Virus record (IMG/VR): IMGVR_UViG_3300023179_000070
Coordinates: 18,053-82,052 of that record
Reading direction: 5' to 3' (one strand)
Source: a virus
Taxonomy: Duplodnaviria > Caudoviricetes
DNA: 64,000 nt
Shown: positions 58,610 through 64,000 of the stretch, one piece after another
How positions within the stretch are numbered: position 1 is the stretch's first letter
Layout of the letters: each line of letters begins with the position of its first letter
Made by a program: the position numbers and the translations under genes
Notes under the pieces: model-generated
What the model was told of the DNA's origin: nothing
What the model saw: only the letters and a program-made list of their open reading frames with translations
Database searches by the model: none

Positions 58610-59257
58610 ATGGGAATGTTTAATTATATTAAGATAGAACAAGATTTACCTCTTAATGACGAGTTAAAAGCTCTTAATATTGATTTTAAAAAAGAAGAAT
58701 TTCAAACAAAAGACCTAGAACCAAACACAATGGATACTTATATTATCCGTGATTATAAACTTTTTGAATTAAAAGTAGAAGGTCATTGGGAAGATAATCC
58801 AGATTATGTAAAAGATGGCACTAGGTTTGGTGAATTTTTTAATAAAAATAAATGGGTAAAAGATAGCGAAGAAGAAGTATTTAGAGATGATTTTACTGGA
58901 ACAATTATTTTTGGTTGCTATATTAGAGGCAAGCATATTTTTGACAATGATCTTTTTCCAGATTGGAAATGCGTTGTAGTCAAAGGTTTAGTAGTAGAAA
59001 TGTCTCTTATTACCCCAATTCATCGTCATTCATCTAAAGATAGAATAGAATCTGATCTTAAATTTCAATTAGATTTAGAAAAACACGAAAGAAAAATGCG
59101 TTGTCCAGTTTATAGTTTTTATTTTAAATATTATATTAAAACTATGAATCTTATCGAATGGAAACTTGATGCTGGAATAAATCAAATTATAAAATTTTTA
59201 AATTGGTTGCGATGGAAAGGTATGAGAAAAGTTATAAGGTTTTTATCTCCAAGATGA
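58610..59257 (+). CDS. hypothetical phage protein
   Basis: MGMF..FQTKDL pattern. Confidence 0.65.
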   Translation: MGMFNYIKIEQDLPLNDELKALNIDFKKEEFQTKDLEPNTMDTYIIRDYKLFELKVEGHWEDNPDYVKDGTRFGEFFNKNKWVKDSEEEVFRDDFTGTIIFGCYIRGKHIFDNDLFPDWKCVVVKGLVVEMSLITPIHRHSSKDRIESDLKFQLDLEKHERKMRCPVYSFYFKYYIKTMNLIEWKLDAGINQIIKFLNWLRWKGMRKVIRFLSPR

Positions 59258-59841
59258 GAAAAAATTTTAGAGTTGTTCTTGAACTTTGGTCTAGTGCAGA
59301 TAAAATGGATGAAGAATTATTTATTAATTTATCTGAACAATCAGTAACTAAAAGAAAAACTAATCATACATATATTCCTCAAATAAGTGGTGGATGTAAA
59401 TATCCTCAAATTAATTATAGTAGAAAAGGAAAAATAATTAGAATATTATTGCATAATATTTTATTCTATCATAAGCATAGATATTTGCCAGAAGAAATAG
59501 ACCATACGGATTTTAACCCATTAAATAATACAATAGATAATTTAAAGCCATTAACTATGCAAGAAAATAGAAGGAAAAGAAGGAAAAGAGTAAAAGCAAC
59601 ATCTTCTAAATATATCGGAGTAAATTTAGATAAAAAAGCATTAAAACTTAAAACTGGAAAAATTTGGAGAGCAAGAGTTACTATACCAAAAAATCATCCG
59701 AAATACAAAAATCAAAAAGCTATTGAAAAGCATTTAGGTTTTTTTGAAACTGAAGATGAAGCTGGACAAGCGGTAAATAATGCTATAATAGAATTAAATT
59801 TACAAAATATTTCAGTAATGAATAAAATACCTACAAAATAA
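59254..59841 (+). CDS. HNH-AP2 homing endonuclease
   Basis: IDHTDFNPLNNTIDNL..EN; SKYIGV..WRARV..HLGFFETEDEAG; ATGA-coupled start. Confidence 0.85.
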   Translation: MRKNFRVVLELWSSADKMDEELFINLSEQSVTKRKTNHTYIPQISGGCKYPQINYSRKGKIIRILLHNILFYHKHRYLPEEIDHTDFNPLNNTIDNLKPLTMQENRRKRRKRVKATSSKYIGVNLDKKALKLKTGKIWRARVTIPKNHPKYKNQKAIEKHLGFFETEDEAGQAVNNAIIELNLQNISVMNKIPTK

Positions 59842-60029
59842 TGAAAACCCCTATTAAAATTGAAGTAAAAGAAGAAAATGGTTATCAATATATTGAATTA
59901 CCAGATTCTTTAATGAAAAAAATGGGATGGAAAATTGGTGATACGATTGATTGGCACGACAACAAAGATGGCACTTGGAGTTTGTTAAAAGTTACAACTC
60001 CTTCTAAATCAAAAAAAAACAAAATTTGA
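59841..60029 (+). CDS. AbrB/MazE-like DNA-binding protein
   Basis: IELPDSLMKKMGWKIGDTIDW. Confidence 0.7.
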   Translation: MKTPIKIEVKEENGYQYIELPDSLMKKMGWKIGDTIDWHDNKDGTWSLLKVTTPSKSKKNKI

Positions 60030-60060
60030 CAAGTTGGCTAGTCCAGTATAAACTGAGACT

Positions 60061-61173
60061 ATGAAGTTACCTACAATTTATAAAAAGACTAAAACTGGCA
60101 AAGTCCAAGAATGGACTATTGAAGTTAAAGGAAATCAATACCGCACAATTTCTGGTCAAACAGATGGCGAAAAGATTACTAATGAATGGACAGATTGCAA
60201 AGTAAAAAATGCTGGCAGAGCAAATGCGACTACTCCAGAAGAACAAGCTCTTAAAGAAGCAGAGGCAAAGCGTAAGCAAAAACTTGAATCTGGTTATTTT
60301 GAAGATATTAAAGACATTAATAAAAAACAATACTTTGAGCCAATGCTTGCACAAAAGTATGAAGATCACGAAATTGCTTATCCAGTTTATAGCCAACCTA
60401 AACTTGATGGTATTCGTTGCATTGTGACAAAAGATGGAATGTTTAGCAGAAATGGCAAGAAGATTATTTCTGCACCACATATTCGTCAGAATCTAGATTT
60501 ATTCTTTAAAGATTATCCTAATGCAATTCTTGATGGTGAATTATATTGTGATAAGTTTGCTAATGATTTTAATAAAATTTGTTCTCTTGTAAAAAGAACT
60601 AAACCTACTGATGCAGAATTAGAAGAAAGTGCAGATAGTATTCAGTATTGGGTTTATGATGCCCCTAGAATTGGAATCCTAAACGAAAAAGATTTATTTT
60701 ATGAAAGATATGAGTTAGTTTCTAATGCTCTTACTAAAAGAAAATATACAAGTATTGTTGTTGTTACTACTTTAAAAGTAAATAATGAAAAAGAACTTAC
60801 GCAAGCATACGAAATGTATGTAGAACACGGATATGAAGGACAAATGATTAGACTAAATAAACCTTATGAAAACAAACGAAGCAAGCATCTTCTTAAAAGA
60901 AAAGAGTTTATGGATGCCGAGTTTGTAATCAAAGGAGTAAAAGAAGGCGAAGGAAACCGCAAAGGAACTGCTGGTTATATGGAATTTACAAATGCCCAAG
61001 GTAGATATTTTAAGAGCAATATCAAGGGTGATTTTGGTTATCTCAAAGAACTTTACAAACAAAGGAATGAATTAGTTGGTAAGAAAGCTACTATAAAATT
61101 CTTTAATTATACGCCAGATGGTGTTCCGAGATTTGGTTATGTTATAGGTATTGACAGAGAGAGTTACGAATAA
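60061..61173 (+). CDS. ATP-dependent DNA ligase
   Basis: PMLA, KLDGIR, LDGELY, YEGQMIR, LLKRK, PRF. Confidence 0.93.
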   Translation: MKLPTIYKKTKTGKVQEWTIEVKGNQYRTISGQTDGEKITNEWTDCKVKNAGRANATTPEEQALKEAEAKRKQKLESGYFEDIKDINKKQYFEPMLAQKYEDHEIAYPVYSQPKLDGIRCIVTKDGMFSRNGKKIISAPHIRQNLDLFFKDYPNAILDGELYCDKFANDFNKICSLVKRTKPTDAELEESADSIQYWVYDAPRIGILNEKDLFYERYELVSNALTKRKYTSIVVVTTLKVNNEKELTQAYEMYVEHGYEGQMIRLNKPYENKRSKHLLKRKEFMDAEFVIKGVKEGEGNRKGTAGYMEFTNAQGRYFKSNIKGDFGYLKELYKQRNELVGKKATIKFFNYTPDGVPRFGYVIGIDRESYE

Positions 61174-61226
61174 TAACATATAGGTTATCTTGATTCCGTT
61201 TGTCATTATTTAGTGTAATCTATTAT

Positions 61227-61739
61227 ATGAAATATAAAATAGGTCAAAAAATAGGAAATTATACTATAACAGAATTAGTCGGAAAAACAAGATGGGATGT
61301 TCCAAAATGGAAATGTAGATGTGGTTGTGGAGCAGAAAGAGTAATAACTCAAGCTGGATTAAATAAAAAAGAAAATAAAGGTGGTTGCAGAAATTGTAGA
61401 TTACGAAGCTATGGAGAAATGCACTTGAGGTATTTCCACAATCTTCGCAGAAAAGCGGGTTATAGAAAAATTAAATGGAGTCTTACACCTAAATATATTT
61501 GGGAGCTTTTTATCAAACAAAAGAAAAAATGTGCATTATCTGGAATGGAAATTTGTTTTGTAAGAAATTTCAGAAATCATAAAGATCAAACTGCATCTCT
61601 AGATAGGATTGATTCTTCTAAAGGATATACAAAAGACAATGTTCAATGGGTTCACAAAAAAATAAATTTTATGAAGCAAGCTCTTGGAGATCAAGAATTT
61701 ATAACTTTTTGCAGAAAAGTAACAGAAAATAACCCTTGA
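61227..61739 (+). CDS. HNH-like homing endonuclease
   Basis: WKCRCGCG, CALSG..SLDRIDSSKGYTKDNVQWVH..IN; ATG at 61227 is 8 nt after GTGTAA. Confidence 0.8.
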   Translation: MKYKIGQKIGNYTITELVGKTRWDVPKWKCRCGCGAERVITQAGLNKKENKGGCRNCRLRSYGEMHLRYFHNLRRKAGYRKIKWSLTPKYIWELFIKQKKKCALSGMEICFVRNFRNHKDQTASLDRIDSSKGYTKDNVQWVHKKINFMKQALGDQEFITFCRKVTENNP

Positions 61740-61770
61740 CCCTAATTAAAATTCAATTTATATTCAATAT

Positions 61771-63969
61771 ATGAAATTAATCGAAAAACCAATCAATGTA
61801 GTCGAGTCCGATAGTTTTGAATCTGTAAGTTTTGGAATCAAGCAATCTGGACTTCCTTATATCTTTAATATCCTTCGCAATCAGTTGTATTCCAACAAGC
61901 CTCTCGCAGTTTTGCGTGAGATTTCTTGTAATGCACAAGACGCTAATATCGAGGCAAAAAGCAAAAGACCTATTGAAATTAAACTTCCTACCAAGCTAGA
62001 CCCTACTTTAACTATCAGAGATTTTGGTAATGGTCTTTCTGCTGATGATATTAAGAATCTTTATTGTTATTATGGTGAATCTACCAAACGCAATAGTAAT
62101 TCTGCTATTGGATATTATGGCATTGGTAAGTTTGCACCATTTAGCTATGGTGATAATTTTGTTTTGATTTCTTATCACGATGGTAAGAAAACTACTTATA
62201 ATGCTTTTATTGATGAAACTAAAATTGGTAAGATTGTTAAGCTCAAGGAAGAAAAATCTTCCGAGCATACTGGCGTATTAATTTCTGTTCCAATCAAAGA
62301 AGAAGATACTGAAACCTTCTTATATACTGCTAAAAATTTGTTTAAGTATTTCAAGAACAAGCCAGTTATCAAAGGTGCAAGAAAAGAAGATTTGTCTGAA
62401 ATCTATGATCGCACACCAGTATTTAAAGGTAATGGTTGGGCTTATTATAGAAATTCTCAATATGGTTCTGAATCTGTTGCTATTATGGGAGTTGGTTATC
62501 CTATTGATACAAGCGATGTGCAATTCAAAGAAGATTCTGATGAGCAAAGTATTTGCTCTCAAGGATTTGAGGTTGAGTTTGATCTCGGTGAGCTAGATAT
62601 TACTGCAAGCCGTGAGAATCTAGAATATACTGAAAAGACTAGGAAAGCTATTAGAGATAAGTTCCGCAAGATTAAGAAAGAGATGGCAGAATGTATCTCT
62701 CAACAATTTAAAGATGCTACAAATATCTATGATGTTAAAGCTCTTTATAATGAAGTCTTTGGAACTTATGGTAGTTTAGGTTATATTGTTCGTAATGCTT
62801 TGAGCAATAAAGTAAATTGGAATAATAAAACTATTAGTGATAATCATATTGATTTCAATGATAAGATTGCAAAGATGCTAGAGAATGGTAAATTGACCTC
62901 AAAGTTTTACCAGAAGTCTCGCAGAAGCTCAAAATTAAATTCAGAGAATGAAGAAAAAAGGATTCTTTGCGAAAAGACGCACAAGATTCTAGTTAATGAT
63001 ACTGGTTCAGCTATGGGAGTAACTCATCGTCTTGCTACTCTATGGAATGAACTAGGAGATCAAATTGATGGTGCTTATGTATTTACATTCGCAGATCAAG
63101 CAACGAAAGATACTTTTGACAAAGAACTTGGTCTTATTAGTGAAAATTATTTGAATCTATCTGATTATGAGAAGATTACTATTCAGAAGATTAATTCTGG
63201 AACTAGCGTTGTAACTAATAAAAATCCTAAACATTCTTCTCAAATCTTTAGGTTTAATCGTAAAGATGCTAGAAATTGGGGAACAAAATCTTCTAATTGG
63301 GAAACTATGACTATTGATCTTGCGAATGATACTGCTATCTATGTAGAGATTAATAACTTCCAAGCCCAAGGCAAAGAGCACGAATTTAGGAATGGAACTT
63401 TCAAAGATATTCTTGACAAGTATGAAGAACTTACTGGTCAGAAACTTCCAGATATTTATGGAATCAAATCTAAAACTTTTGAATCCAAGAAAAAGATTAT
63501 TAATAAAAATAAAAATCTTACAAACCTCTGGAAACATCTTGAGGATGGAATCCGCAAGGAGTATTCTAAACTATCACAGCAAATCACGGATAAAACCCAT
63601 TGGGATATGCACAATAAGGAAGATAATAATTTTGCTGATCTTGTGCAAGAAATTCAAAAGAAAGGTTTGCACGAATTGATTAAGAATGAAAATTCAGAGT
63701 TTGCTCAATATTTAAGTGCGGTTATGTTCTATGCAAAATCGAACTTTAAGAAAGTTGGCGAAGTCCTTGAATTTTTAAAATTGGCTGAAATCGAAATTAA
63801 ATTCGATAAGGTCAATCCAAGTTATGATTTGAATGTTCTATTAAAAAATATTCAAACCAGATACGAAATTCTTGATGTATTTGTCCCTCATACTTATGCG
63901 TGGCATTACAATGAAAAGAAAGAAATGACAAAGATTGTAAATTACATAAATCTTATTGACAAAAACTAA
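61771..63969 (+). CDS. rIIA: rIIA-like protein (GHKL ATPase N-terminus)
   Basis: LYSNKPLAVLREISCNAQDA, IRDFGNGL, YGESTK, IGYYGIG, ELDITASRENLEY. Confidence 0.85.
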   Translation: MKLIEKPINVVESDSFESVSFGIKQSGLPYIFNILRNQLYSNKPLAVLREISCNAQDANIEAKSKRPIEIKLPTKLDPTLTIRDFGNGLSADDIKNLYCYYGESTKRNSNSAIGYYGIGKFAPFSYGDNFVLISYHDGKKTTYNAFIDETKIGKIVKLKEEKSSEHTGVLISVPIKEEDTETFLYTAKNLFKYFKNKPVIKGARKEDLSEIYDRTPVFKGNGWAYYRNSQYGSESVAIMGVGYPIDTSDVQFKEDSDEQSICSQGFEVEFDLGELDITASRENLEYTEKTRKAIRDKFRKIKKEMAECISQQFKDATNIYDVKALYNEVFGTYGSLGYIVRNALSNKVNWNNKTISDNHIDFNDKIAKMLENGKLTSKFYQKSRRSSKLNSENEEKRILCEKTHKILVNDTGSAMGVTHRLATLWNELGDQIDGAYVFTFADQATKDTFDKELGLISENYLNLSDYEKITIQKINSGTSVVTNKNPKHSSQIFRFNRKDARNWGTKSSNWETMTIDLANDTAIYVEINNFQAQGKEHEFRNGTFKDILDKYEELTGQKLPDIYGIKSKTFESKKKIINKNKNLTNLWKHLEDGIRKEYSKLSQQITDKTHWDMHNKEDNNFADLVQEIQKKGLHELIKNENSEFAQYLSAVMFYAKSNFKKVGEVLEFLKLAEIEIKFDKVNPSYDLNVLLKNIQTRYEILDVFVPHTYAWHYNEKKEMTKIVNYINLIDKN

Positions 63970-64000
63970 AAAAGGAGTAAAACTATAAATATGAAGATAC

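Noticed and set aside
3534-63679. Many short ORFs nested in or antisense to long genes (e.g. 3534, 13955, 23126, 60067, 62008)
   Set aside because: Shadow frames of well-supported genes, with no motifs or promoters
1-64000. Stop-codon reassignment
   Set aside because: Genes are full-length and tightly packed under the standard code; no suppressor tRNA is present

Overview
AT-rich segment of a large tailed dsDNA phage genome (inferred from gene content; host not determinable). From left to right: lambda-like tail-tip genes (J, I, K, L, M); a replication/recombination block (ssDNA annealing protein, split DnaE with a separate PHP and DEDDh exonuclease, primase, ThyX, DnaB, RecA); a roughly 9 kb nucleotide-sugar/glycosyltransferase cluster; a tmRNA; nucleotide metabolism genes (IMPDH/GMPR, dCMP deaminase, dNMP kinase, NrdAB, PurA); a phage sigma factor; three tRNAs; four free-standing HNH-type endonucleases; UvsE; DNA ligase; and rIIA. 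The most unusual items are: (1) a complete group I ribozyme core at 38144-38363 (minus strand) that interrupts no gene. It has its own promoter and boxA-like motif, and its guide sequence matches a site downstream of its 3' splice site, so it could back-splice a 60-nt circle. (2) An unassigned ~325-nt highly structured RNA at 39250-39575. (3) A dispersed family of Cys-rich constant/variable proteins linked to minimal nucleotidyltransferases, including one internally deleted copy. (4) A tRNA-Ser with the rare ACT anticodon. (5) A tmRNA with a long, atypical tag. (6) Pervasive, apparently leaderless transcription from two promoter classes. All calls were made by eye, without database searches.
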